Assembly: GCA_000165345.1 (NCBI GenBank)
Contig: CM000431.1
Coordinates: 704,001 to 768,000, forward strand
Direction of reading: 5' to 3'
Length of the DNA stretch: 64,000 bases
Positions 31,901 through 41,199 of this stretch are shown in pieces (position 1 is the first letter of the stretch; each line of letters begins with the position of its first letter). The translations under genes and the position numbers were made by a program. Below the pieces are notes generated by a model. That model did not search any database and was not told the origin of the DNA. It worked only from the letters and a program-made list of their open reading frames with translations.

Positions 31901-34900
31901 ATCTTTATCTGCAGGGCAAACTCTTTTATAAGTTGATAGTATTTTGAGAACTTCTAGTTTAGAAATTGTGGAAATATTTTTATGGTTTTGATTTTCAACA
32001 AATCCTTTATTTATTTCACTAGAGCTACTACTCGTAGAATATTCATTGTTTGCTTCTGTTCTCAAATAAGCATTCATAGAGTTAGGAAGTTCAATAGTAT
32101 TAATACAATTTTTATTATACCAATTTAATACGAACTTTAGTCTTTCATAGTTAAAAGAAGAAATAAATTCAAAAGTGCTTTCAAAAATCTCCTTTCCAAG
32201 TTCTGGTGTCACAAATGAAAGAATATTTTGCATTATTAGTTCGAATTTAGGATCAAAATTGTGAAGTATCATTTGTTTCGACCAAAGAAATAGGATATAT
32301 TCATCGTTAATATTATAATCCTTTGCATACTGTAAACAAAGAATTAAGTCAAAATCACTTTTATGAATCAGCTTGCAAATAATACTTTTCTTATAACCCT
32401 GATTGTTATTTTGAGGATCTTGTTTCTGAAAAAAGAGTGACTGATCAAATTCAATTTTTAGTTGCCTAAAGCTGTTACACCACTTAGATTGTTTGTGAAG
32501 ATCTTCCATCTCCTTCCTCATGCTGTAATGGTTGAACAAAATTCCTAAATCCCATCCAATTCTTGCCATCCTCTGTGTCCTATAATAGTTATCAAGGATA
32601 TTTGATGGGTTTAAAGATTGTACAAAAACATTCCATGAATCTTTTTTTTCCAGGGAAGAAGATAATGCCATGCAAAGTTGGCCGTCTATAGGATCTCTAC
32701 CCTTCAGTACTTTACGGAAAAATTCTGTGTTAATATTCAAGGCTAATTTCACATCAGAAATTAGAAGAGGATGCTTTAAATATATGCTCATTGCTAATGT
32801 TAAGCATTCTGATTGATAGAGTTGTTTTGCTAGTACATCAACATTTTCTCTTAATTCTTGAATATATTTCCCAACGTCAATAGGATAGTTTTCGTTAGTT
32901 TGAATTGTCCAAAGTGTTGGGTCAGTCCAGAAATTATAAATTAAAAATGGAGATATGTAAATTTTTTTAATTGAAATCTGTTTTGAAAGCTCTTTGAAAA
33001 TTCTTATTTTGGTGTAGAGAAAAGCCATTACAATTTGCTTTGCATCAGTAAAGGGATAAAGAGTACAAATCTCTTTATAATATGATTTGTAAGAGTCCAA
33101 TGGCAAAAAATGTAAATTTTTGAGTGATTTCATGATAATTTTAGAAAAAAGGTGATTATCTAAATGATTGCTAATCAATTTATTATTTGGGTTCTCAATA
33201 TTATCAATCGCATCTGAAGCGTATAAAAGAAAATCGTGTACCCATAAAATATCCGAAGATAGTGCCAGTACAAAGCTGATTAATTTAATGGGGCAATAAG
33301 GAATACAAGTTGCAACTACTTGAAGCAACTTTGAAAATATAAAAATTAACTCCAATCCATCAATACGAGACTCTTTGTCAAATTTTGCTGCATAATTTTT
33401 TTTTTTATCAACTAAATCAACCGTAAGTAAATTCAAAATAATATTTTGCACTTCATCAACTATTGTTATTGCATTTTTTGAAGATGGGGTCTTAAATAAT
33501 TCTTGTGTTAACCTTCGAAAAATACACAATTTTCCACCATCTCTTAAGGAATTCCGTATATTAGTCCTTCTAATATAGCTTTCATCAACTCCAATCAAAC
33601 TTCCCAGCCTTAACAATTTTGTAAAGATACCTTTTTTTTTCTCATCCGATATCTTTTTTTCAAAATATGGTTGTGCAAACTCATCGAAAATTTCGCATAG
33701 CTTTATATAACAAGACTCTTTATATAATTGAAAATAACCATTTCTCCATTCAGAAATAAAACTTTCATCAATTATCTGTTTATTACACAAATCAGCTTCA
33801 ATCTTTCCAAATGGATTTGATAATGTATTTTTGTTTTGAATTGGTTCTAAATACGTCATTTTGTCTTGAATTTCTTTTCCTATTAAACAATTCTGATCGT
33901 GATCCATTTTGTCTATCATTATGTCGCTAGGCCTTATGTAAATCCCAAATTCAAATTGAAGCTGTTGAAGCCTAATAAGAGTATTAAAAGATTCATTTGA
34001 AGTCCAAAAAGTGTTTTGTCTTAATTTCCATTTGTTTTCTTGGATTGTTTTAAATAGTTCTCTTAAAACGACTACTGCAGAATATGTGGCAATTTCGCAT
34101 CTTATTTTTAATCTGTTAGACTTAATACAATTTTTTGAATAACAATCCAAAAACTGCCAAACAAAGCACACAAACTGTTGCGTAATACTATAAATCTTTT
34201 TACAATCTACATTCGAAAATATATCCAATATATCCTCTTCAATTGTTTTGTTATGTATCTCTTTTATTGACTTTTTGGTCATTTTTTCCCATTCAATAAT
34301 GTTTCTTCTCCTGAAAATTAAAAATCTTAGTCTTAAGCAATATGCCTCTGAGATACCCATAAATGTAGTGTTAGTTTCTTGTTTTAAATAGTCTATTAAA
34401 AACATTGCATCGTTGAATGATTCTATTCCAGCATCGACTTGAGAGATCACATGCAGGATCAATCGTCTAGGTGCATTTTTTTCGAACAATATTATTGATG
34501 CCATACTATCTAAATTATATCTAGAAAGTAAATTTTGTGCATCTATTAACGCGATTCTATTTTTAAGTTCAAATGATTTTTTACCATTAACAGAAATGTT
34601 CTTTGCATATGACATCAAAAAATCTATTTCATTTTGAGCGGAATGAGGAAACTTCAGATCTATGTTACGATCTATTGCAAGACATTTATTATTCAATGAT
34701 AAGTACTGCAATAAAGCATGTGCCTTGTACTCATCATTTGTAATTGAATTGATCAAAGAAATGATTCTCGGTTGATAATATTTCTTGCCATCTGTAGAAT
34801 TCAAGTTGCTTTCAAGGGAGTTATAATTTATAGATGAAATTAGTTCTAACAAATATTCCATGATTATTTGATCAGCTTCCAATCCTCTTATTTTGCAAAA

Positions 34901-37060
34901 TGGTATAACGTGATGATTAATTTCGTAATTAAGTAATTCAGAAGAAGAAATTCTACTTAAAAGCTTAAAAGCAATATCCCGATTAGATATTTTCTTGTAA
35001 TAAAGAGAGCTGAAGTTTATTTCTAGTTTATATCTGTTCTTTAAATCATTACATTCCAAAAACGCCCAATAAACTTGATTAATTTTATTTAAAGGAATTT
35101 TATTAATAGAATAGCGTTTATCGCCAGAGCCTGCCCAAAGGATACCATTCGAAACAATTTGTTTTGGAAGTACATGATTGTTTGAATAACTGTACTCATT
35201 TAGAAAAACTGATGATAAAAGGAATAAGCAACGATCAATATCTCCATTGGAAACGTGTTCCAACGTAATAGCTCTATCTGCTATCAAATTTAGTAATTTG
35301 TTTTTGTTAGTTACAAATGGGAATACTTGATTCACTAACCATGATGGAATTTCTTTTTCAATTTTCTCTGGCAAATTTACGGGCAAATTACTCAATGATT
35401 CTAATATAATTTCACTTCTAACTTCCTCATCGCCATCACCAAAGTGAATAAAGTGTCTGTTAAAAAGAAAAAAAAACTCCTCAACCAAGTTAAAAGATAA
35501 TAAGCAGTTACATAATTTTCCCAAGTCACATTTTAAAAATCTCTTTAATAAAATATCCCAATTTGTGTCGATTTCGTTTGGGTTAGAATCATATTCTGAA
35601 CATATTTTAAGTGCAGCTTCAAAATTTTTATAGTTATTTTTATAAATTATATCGAAAGTTATTGACTTTTGAATGATGTAGTTCATCTTCATTATGTGAG
35701 AATTACTCGAGTTTGAATTTTCAAGAGCGGAAATTAGTGAAGAAAGTAAATTTAGTGCATCTTCAACATTATATAAAGGAATTTTGTCTAAATACTCAAA
35801 TACATCATTCCAATCAACTTTTTCTGAATTAGAAATCAACTTTGTGAGTTGGGGAATTACTATATTAAATTTGAAAGCTCTATCGAACTGATTATTTAAT
35901 GTTTTTTCGGAATTTAAAATAATTTGTTCATCTTTTACGTTATAATTTTCAAATCTAGGAATTCTTTTGTCTTTAATTAAATTATAATTTGGTTCTTCTT
36001 CCAAAATATTAATGAGAATATTGCCGGTTTTCTCTTCTAAAGTACAACCTGCATAAAAAATAGTTGTTTCACACAAACCATGTGAGACAAAAGGAATAAA
36101 AGATGTGTTTAAGTCATTATAATTTGCTATGCATATTTCTGAAGAAATTTCGTGGCCTTTAAAAACCACTACACTAGAATCGTATACTATAATGTTTGCC
36201 AAAATATCGTCTAAAAATTTGGTCTGAGAAATATTAATAATATTATCTGGATCTTTGATATTGATTTTATTAGCCCTTAGTGGAATAAGGTTATCACTTG
36301 AAATGGCTATCTCAATTCCATTAAATGGAATTCCATCCTCGATATTCAAAAATATTACATTTACAATATTGCCTTTTACTGCTTTATAAAACGAAATTAG
36401 TTTAAAATCACATTTTCCCAAAGACATGTTTAAGATCTCTCCAATGGACAAAGAGTCTATCATTGTGCATTTAATCGTATTGCTATCAATATAAAATTTT
36501 TGTATAAAACTCGAATTTACAACAAATATCCCATTCTCGCATGGTGTTGCTCCTTTACTTTCGGTTGTTATTATGTTTCCAATTTCAATGGAATAACCTG
36601 AATTGAAGCGATCAATAGAAACAGGGAAAAAACCAGAAGAAAAATTAACTATAGCAATGATTCTTTGACGATCAATTGGTATATTAGAGAAGTTATCTAT
36701 TAGTATAATCTCGGAGTTTTCAATAGTTTTTGTTAAACCATGTTTCGCAGTTTTTACTTCGAGGACTGATTCATTTTCCAATGCAAGTAAATACACTGAA
36801 CTGCTGCTTAATATTATAAATAAATTATTATCTATCCATATACCATTTAATATTAATTCTTCCTCTGAATTGATCTTCCAAGAATAAATTAATTTCGCGT
36901 TCTCGTGATCTTTCGTAATTATAAAGAAAAATACTAAGTTTTCCACAATGATAGATAGCCTTTCATTGAAAATGGTTACCTTTCGAATACTATTTGTGTA
37001 TTTTTGCAAGTTTAGACCAGGTAGACTTCCTAGTTCGATTACTTTTTTTAGATACATCAA
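28982..37060 (-). CDS. Giant hypothetical protein (2,692 aa). The N-terminal ~350 aa is probably a beta-propeller; the rest alpha-solenoid-like.
   Basis: Single uninterrupted 8.1-kb ORF, convergent with KRR1 (stop codons 6 nt apart). No catalytic or named motif recognised. Confidence 0.6.
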   Translation of the reverse strand: MMYLKKVIELGSLPGLNLQKYTNSIRKVTIFNERLSIIVENLVFFFIITKDHENAKLIYSWKINSEEELILNGIWIDNNLFIILSSSSVYLLALENESVLEVKTAKHGLTKTIENSEIILIDNFSNIPIDRQRIIAIVNFSSGFFPVSIDRFNSGYSIEIGNIITTESKGATPCENGIFVVNSSFIQKFYIDSNTIKCTMIDSLSIGEILNMSLGKCDFKLISFYKAVKGNIVNVIFLNIEDGIPFNGIEIAISSDNLIPLRANKINIKDPDNIINISQTKFLDDILANIIVYDSSVVVFKGHEISSEICIANYNDLNTSFIPFVSHGLCETTIFYAGCTLEEKTGNILINILEEEPNYNLIKDKRIPRFENYNVKDEQIILNSEKTLNNQFDRAFKFNIVIPQLTKLISNSEKVDWNDVFEYLDKIPLYNVEDALNLLSSLISALENSNSSNSHIMKMNYIIQKSITFDIIYKNNYKNFEAALKICSEYDSNPNEIDTNWDILLKRFLKCDLGKLCNCLLSFNLVEEFFFLFNRHFIHFGDGDEEVRSEIILESLSNLPVNLPEKIEKEIPSWLVNQVFPFVTNKNKLLNLIADRAITLEHVSNGDIDRCLFLLSSVFLNEYSYSNNHVLPKQIVSNGILWAGSGDKRYSINKIPLNKINQVYWAFLECNDLKNRYKLEINFSSLYYKKISNRDIAFKLLSRISSSELLNYEINHHVIPFCKIRGLEADQIIMEYLLELISSINYNSLESNLNSTDGKKYYQPRIISLINSITNDEYKAHALLQYLSLNNKCLAIDRNIDLKFPHSAQNEIDFLMSYAKNISVNGKKSFELKNRIALIDAQNLLSRYNLDSMASIILFEKNAPRRLILHVISQVDAGIESFNDAMFLIDYLKQETNTTFMGISEAYCLRLRFLIFRRRNIIEWEKMTKKSIKEIHNKTIEEDILDIFSNVDCKKIYSITQQFVCFVWQFLDCYSKNCIKSNRLKIRCEIATYSAVVVLRELFKTIQENKWKLRQNTFWTSNESFNTLIRLQQLQFEFGIYIRPSDIMIDKMDHDQNCLIGKEIQDKMTYLEPIQNKNTLSNPFGKIEADLCNKQIIDESFISEWRNGYFQLYKESCYIKLCEIFDEFAQPYFEKKISDEKKKGIFTKLLRLGSLIGVDESYIRRTNIRNSLRDGGKLCIFRRLTQELFKTPSSKNAITIVDEVQNIILNLLTVDLVDKKKNYAAKFDKESRIDGLELIFIFSKLLQVVATCIPYCPIKLISFVLALSSDILWVHDFLLYASDAIDNIENPNNKLISNHLDNHLFSKIIMKSLKNLHFLPLDSYKSYYKEICTLYPFTDAKQIVMAFLYTKIRIFKELSKQISIKKIYISPFLIYNFWTDPTLWTIQTNENYPIDVGKYIQELRENVDVLAKQLYQSECLTLAMSIYLKHPLLISDVKLALNINTEFFRKVLKGRDPIDGQLCMALSSSLEKKDSWNVFVQSLNPSNILDNYYRTQRMARIGWDLGILFNHYSMRKEMEDLHKQSKWCNSFRQLKIEFDQSLFFQKQDPQNNNQGYKKSIICKLIHKSDFDLILCLQYAKDYNINDEYILFLWSKQMILHNFDPKFELIMQNILSFVTPELGKEIFESTFEFISSFNYERLKFVLNWYNKNCINTIELPNSMNAYLRTEANNEYSTSSSSSEINKGFVENQNHKNISTISKLEVLKILSTYKRVCPADKDEKLFIKNEAERINGNIELGKKVNFKVESNKYRIPFHYLIKHPINALKYEINDETIYKIKKMSEYLGIKNISIDIQFVWNIVLCRKYKYLSENNLLKTESNEFQEYCFKLVESDKILLRYIESIASVDLEAGIAIVLLVIDEIPLSKTKIKLIEWCERKSGSIARVELKKGYPIINMEFLLYNRFNEVIINIENYLKSKKSLISSKLILKKHKLDIIFSKLIEETNDINIFISSLYYYLTPLISEGIYWKFRNKLQESVCQSFCIDPKPEREIYSFSRKNSIEKSPGSSNFTLKENFNFFIDEISSVYSSDIRKIRVRIIKNLLSKPFETPYEALKNKFPTIKDIFKDIESSGIITGFDHWYRIQSLNSKVYDCTYIDRISFICGGISLNDAIILLLSISFKNSSNYSYSTKCNALKTLFQIASIKNIQKRYPKYDDLQVIWLHNYYMIYFNELHIPQDFSKFYLSEKVGLARSLWREFNNRKDSYKLLKPNQIHLDQIEDTKDAEFLKDENRKRKVRCIVGKENEYSNALYLSSNTRCQSVDKKLNQILYLITKLCLDFGIYDSNLFSNTIKNLYLQLFDENDVKIFSNLIFAAYISGYIYKVKINKSIIDVWNLLVLDPIFLLKNTVEYISNLINKYAQNGKDKKECVYNNNLLYNLPNKRFIIPILSKIFNTCPVIPFIEVFELLNAIIELINSILNLKKLIESLNSFSKENDRRLINNILSFFTNLIKDISENNKINSLEKRCKLSSIMRDKNFDIYEVNSIFDVAIIELLFSYVNPVDLHYALFSMNREKIIKVIIDKKDSFNMLPYLIYSTNSNILASALSNELIKTNNSKLFFEIGAQLDELIDFKRKSQVEEIYLMESIKATQVYEFIVNKYKNIYSTESVRIIRRCIEFYKIEAIIPLIIKFLSGQVKSESAIVEQISLLENRANNHELSKKEIYNYIKEVIIKLSKKYKSTNIVQELIDQLKS

Positions 37061-37337
37061 TATTAGTTTAATTAATTTTAGAAATCCATATGCGGTACAT
37101 GTATTATTGAGGGGAAATATTCAATTATTATCAACAGCAAATATTTTAAAAACTTAAAAATATTAGTATTAAGTTGGAATATTTTAGCTCTAACCTAGGT
37201 TATTTGTTGAATTTGAAATAAATTAAAACCTTTAACGAAAACTTAGTTTATTAGTGTCATTATTTCTGAAAAAAATAAAATGATCAGATTTTATCAAATT
37301 GAGAATAATATAAATTATTTTAAGAAAATGAAAATAA

Positions 37338-37380
37338 ATAAATAAATAAATAAATGTATATGTACATTTATTTATTTATA
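37338..37380. repeat. (AAATA)n microsatellite forming an imperfect ~17-bp-arm inverted repeat (ataaataaataaatgta / tacatttatttatttat).
   Basis: Seen at 37331-37380 in the 420-bp divergent spacer between the 2,692-aa gene and the AP2 gene. Confidence 0.6.
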
Positions 37381-37481
37381 GGATTCGGCTAAACTTGATA
37401 GCAAGTAATAAATATTTCAAGTATGTATAATTTCAAGTAATAAATTATTCGCCATGCCTTTTACATGTTAAATCTCTAAAT

Positions 37482-40400
37482 TTGTATTCAAATACAAATT
37501 TAACAGGCGTGATGAGAAATATAGATTTTTTTGAAATTTTTAAAAGATTGGATATTAATTATACAAATAAACAAGTAAATTCATGTTCAAGTATTAATTT
37601 AAAAAAAGACAGTATTCAACAAGAAGTTAATTCAAAAGAAAATCAACCACCTGAAAGTGGTGGATATAAACATCGTGAAAATGATGGAATATATTTAGAC
37701 ATTAACTTCAACTCTAACTCTATTGCACTCCAGCCATGTATCGCAATTAAAGAGAAATCATTCAGATTACCAATATTTGAATTGACGTATGATTTTCAAA
37801 TGCCTAATACTACATACCAAGTTAAACAAAACAGCAGGCTTTATGAAGAAATTTACTCATTAGTATATGCAAATTATTCAAATATCATAATTAATGAGAT
37901 TACTCCTTCGAGAAAAATAAAAATTTCTGAAACAAAACCTATTTTTGAAATCTCTGAAAAAGAAGGGAATCAATATTCTATATTTTGGGATGATGAAGAT
38001 ATCAAATCCAACTCATCAATTTTACTTGGTGAGTTTACTGGATTGCTGTATAATGACGAAAAAAAATACTATAACAAGTATTCTTTCAAATTGCCCAATG
38101 TTTCAAATGAAGAGTTAAGTGTTATTTTGGATGCGTCTCATTACTGTAATGAATTTGCTTTTCTAAAACATTGTAGGCTCCCCTTTCCATTCGATGATCA
38201 AAGAATAAGACCAAACACTCAGTTACAGTGGTTATTTATTGATAAATGGCCACATCTTGTTGTATTAACTATTCCTGGAATCGAAATTAAACAAGGCGAT
38301 GAACTTGTTGTCGATTTTGGGAACAATTATCATATGTATTACGTAAATAGTTTGAAAACAATATTTAAAAACATCATCAAAATTAAAGCGGAGAATACGC
38401 AAATTTTCCAAATTTGCACTGTATGTAGACTTGAACTAGAGAAAAGCATTATTGAATGTAAAAAGTGTATAATTTGCCGTGAATACATACATGATAAGTG
38501 TGGTTATTATTATAAAAACAGTGGAAACTCGGTTTGTTGTACTACTTGTTTAAAAAAATCTTTTAATATTATCTTTGGCATTAATAAAAAATTTGATTAT
38601 CCCTTCAGCGGAACAAATAATTCGAGTAAGGATTCAATTATTAGTATACTAAAAATTTATGATGGGGATGCATGCGAAGAATGTTTATCATTGTTTCGTA
38701 AAAAAGACTTGGAATTAGAAAGATGTAAGTCTGCATTCTTTTGTAAACTACTCCATGAATTTTATCAGGTAGATAAACACCCTGATAATATTGACTCTTT
38801 TTATGCAGAATATAATTCCAAAAACGAGACAGAACCAAAGTCAAGCATTAATATGGACATTAAAGCCCTTGAAAATATTTATTATATTTTTGAAAGACTA
38901 GTGAAATACTTAAAGGATTTTTATGATGAAAACAGTGTTTGCGAAAGATTAAAATTTGAATCATATTTTTCCCAAGATAATTATGTTGGTTATTCAAACC
39001 GTCAATCAAAATGTTTATTTCCAGATTCGTTAATCTACGAAACATGGGGAAAGTCGAAATGGAAAGATTTTATTTTTTGGGATCAGGCAAAAAATTCTTG
39101 GGTCGGATTACTAAGACCAAATGGGATATTTTCAAGATTCGATTGCTGTAATAAATATCCAACTATAATTGAAAGTTTTTATGAAACAGAAAAGTGGGTA
39201 GAACAGAGAATAAGCGAAACTACAATTCCAAAGAATTTGATTTCTGCAATATTGAATAATTCTGATAAAGGTTCCAATTGTAATGAAAAAGACTATTCTA
39301 AAAGTCAAGAAGATATTGTTTCACATACTTATTACCACTCGCCGTATTTACCTACTGATCTAGCATCACACCCAGACTTCAAAATATTCAGCAATGAAAA
39401 TGGAAACAAGTATCAAGGTAATTTACCTCCAGTCAACGAAACTAATAATCTATTTTCAATGAATGATAATCAGTTATTGAATGGAAAACTCAAGAACGCA
39501 AATGCTACTCATAGTGTTGAATCAGAATTGTTCTCATTTTCAAATTCGCCTGAATTTTTATTAAATGATATTAGACCACGTGTTTCTACCACAGGTTATA
39601 TTCAATGCTGTTCGCCAGTCAACAGAAAACGTAGAATAAGGTCAACTCTCCCCTTAACTTCGAATGCTGCAAAATGCCCAACTGAATGGAGAGTAAGAGG
39701 GATCACGTGGCATGCAGAAAGAAAAGCATTTATTGTACCATATAGAAGAGATAAAGATGGTGGGCTTACTTCAACAACTTTTGGTGCAATGAAGTATGGA
39801 AGCCCTTTGACTGCATTTTTAAAAGCTTTAGAATTTAGGGAAAATTATTTAAAGGAGCAGGCGACAAAGTTACCAGAAGAAATAAAGCAGCCAAGTGTTA
39901 TTTGTGATCAAGCATTATTAATTAGAAATTTACCAAATATAATTTGGGATTCGAACAAACTTGTATGGAGAGCTCTTGCAGATGAGGAACTCCTATGCAA
40001 TAATAACTTAACACATAAATTAACTTTTTATACACAAGATATTGAAATAAACGCAATGCCTTATGGAGCAAGAATTGCATATGAAATAGCCGAAGTTTGC
40101 TATATTCGTAGAAAAGCATTACTTCTTAACTCAAAGGTAAATACTATAAAAAATTCATCTGTAAGCCGTATAAGAAATAAGAGTAATTCATTAGAGGGTC
40201 ATGGAGACGAGTACCAATTGATATTAGAGGATCAAAACCATTTATTATTACCTAAAAATTCACAAATGGATATTTCAAACTCGCAAAGCTCTTGTTTCAA
40301 ACAAATCAGGTTGAAAATTATTTTTCCAAATGGAGAGGAAGTTATTAGAAGTGACTTGATTGCATGGCATTTTAGGAGTAATTCATGGATAATTACCAAT

Positions 40401-41144
40401 ATGATTGATGGAAGTACATCTAATCAAACGAAAAATATTAGTTTCCTCAATTATTCAGATTCCAATATAAAACAGAAATCTCTTATTCAATCATTAATTT
40501 ACGCAATTGAATGTTGTACATCTATACCTCCAAAGTGTCAAGTATACGTTCATGCAGAGGAAGCTGAGTCAATAATTGATTCTGAAGATCTTGCGGAATT
40601 GTTGAAACCTTTCCCAACAGGGATATCGTGGTATTGCAAAAAAAGAAGGTTTTATACATCAAATGGGCTTGATAGTAATGGAAGAGGACAACACTTTAGT
40701 ATTGCATTATACGGTTCACTTATTTCTGCATTTAATGCCGCAATTGACTATAGAAATATTTTTTTGAAAAATAGGAGAAAGGCTATTTTGCCAAAAGTTG
40801 AATGGATTCTATGCTTTCCTGTTAATCAATGTTCAACTAATACAGGTTCAAATGAAAGAATAAGCGATTCAGATATTATTAATAATCGAGATATAGTAAA
40901 GGAATTGGATAGTTGCAACATTTATCATTTATCCGATAATTATATGGGGAGTTGTAACGATAGAAATATTGATCGAATAAATAGTCAAATATCATCATTA
41001 AATACATGTATTTCAGGAGATTCATATCATTCTGGAAGTGATTGGCTTCAACATCCAACAACAGTTTCATTGTTGGACGATCAGATAATTGAGCCACAAA
41101 ATGATTTGGATAACAGAATAATGAATATTGAATTAATAGAATAA
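37482..41144 (+). CDS. ApiAP2-family DNA-binding protein with two AP2 domains plus an N-terminal SET-like domain and a PHD-like Cys-rich finger.
   Basis: AP2-1 (nt ~39671-39855): CPTEWRVRGITWHAERKAFIVPYRRDKDGGLTSTTFGAMKYGSPLTAFLKALEFRENYL. AP2-2 (nt ~40621-40775): ISWYCKKRRFYTSNGLDSNGRGQHFSIALYGSLISAFNAAIDYRNIFL. SET-like (nt ~38019-38340): ILLGEFTGLLYNDEKKYYNKYSFKL … ILDASHYCNEFAFLKHC … HLVVLTIPGIEIKQGDELVVDFGNNY. PHD-like (nt ~38415-38560): CTVCRLELEKSIIECKKCIICREYIHDKCGYYYKNSGNSVCCTTCLKK. Confidence 0.7.
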   Translation: MYSNTNLTGVMRNIDFFEIFKRLDINYTNKQVNSCSSINLKKDSIQQEVNSKENQPPESGGYKHRENDGIYLDINFNSNSIALQPCIAIKEKSFRLPIFELTYDFQMPNTTYQVKQNSRLYEEIYSLVYANYSNIIINEITPSRKIKISETKPIFEISEKEGNQYSIFWDDEDIKSNSSILLGEFTGLLYNDEKKYYNKYSFKLPNVSNEELSVILDASHYCNEFAFLKHCRLPFPFDDQRIRPNTQLQWLFIDKWPHLVVLTIPGIEIKQGDELVVDFGNNYHMYYVNSLKTIFKNIIKIKAENTQIFQICTVCRLELEKSIIECKKCIICREYIHDKCGYYYKNSGNSVCCTTCLKKSFNIIFGINKKFDYPFSGTNNSSKDSIISILKIYDGDACEECLSLFRKKDLELERCKSAFFCKLLHEFYQVDKHPDNIDSFYAEYNSKNETEPKSSINMDIKALENIYYIFERLVKYLKDFYDENSVCERLKFESYFSQDNYVGYSNRQSKCLFPDSLIYETWGKSKWKDFIFWDQAKNSWVGLLRPNGIFSRFDCCNKYPTIIESFYETEKWVEQRISETTIPKNLISAILNNSDKGSNCNEKDYSKSQEDIVSHTYYHSPYLPTDLASHPDFKIFSNENGNKYQGNLPPVNETNNLFSMNDNQLLNGKLKNANATHSVESELFSFSNSPEFLLNDIRPRVSTTGYIQCCSPVNRKRRIRSTLPLTSNAAKCPTEWRVRGITWHAERKAFIVPYRRDKDGGLTSTTFGAMKYGSPLTAFLKALEFRENYLKEQATKLPEEIKQPSVICDQALLIRNLPNIIWDSNKLVWRALADEELLCNNNLTHKLTFYTQDIEINAMPYGARIAYEIAEVCYIRRKALLLNSKVNTIKNSSVSRIRNKSNSLEGHGDEYQLILEDQNHLLLPKNSQMDISNSQSSCFKQIRLKIIFPNGEEVIRSDLIAWHFRSNSWIITNMIDGSTSNQTKNISFLNYSDSNIKQKSLIQSLIYAIECCTSIPPKCQVYVHAEEAESIIDSEDLAELLKPFPTGISWYCKKRRFYTSNGLDSNGRGQHFSIALYGSLISAFNAAIDYRNIFLKNRRKAILPKVEWILCFPVNQCSTNTGSNERISDSDIINNRDIVKELDSCNIYHLSDNYMGSCNDRNIDRINSQISSLNTCISGDSYHSGSDWLQHPTTVSLLDDQIIEPQNDLDNRIMNIELIE

Positions 41145-41199
41145 AAAAAAATTGCCGCTACAAAATTATTGTTAATTAGGCTGCAGTAATATTTACTAA

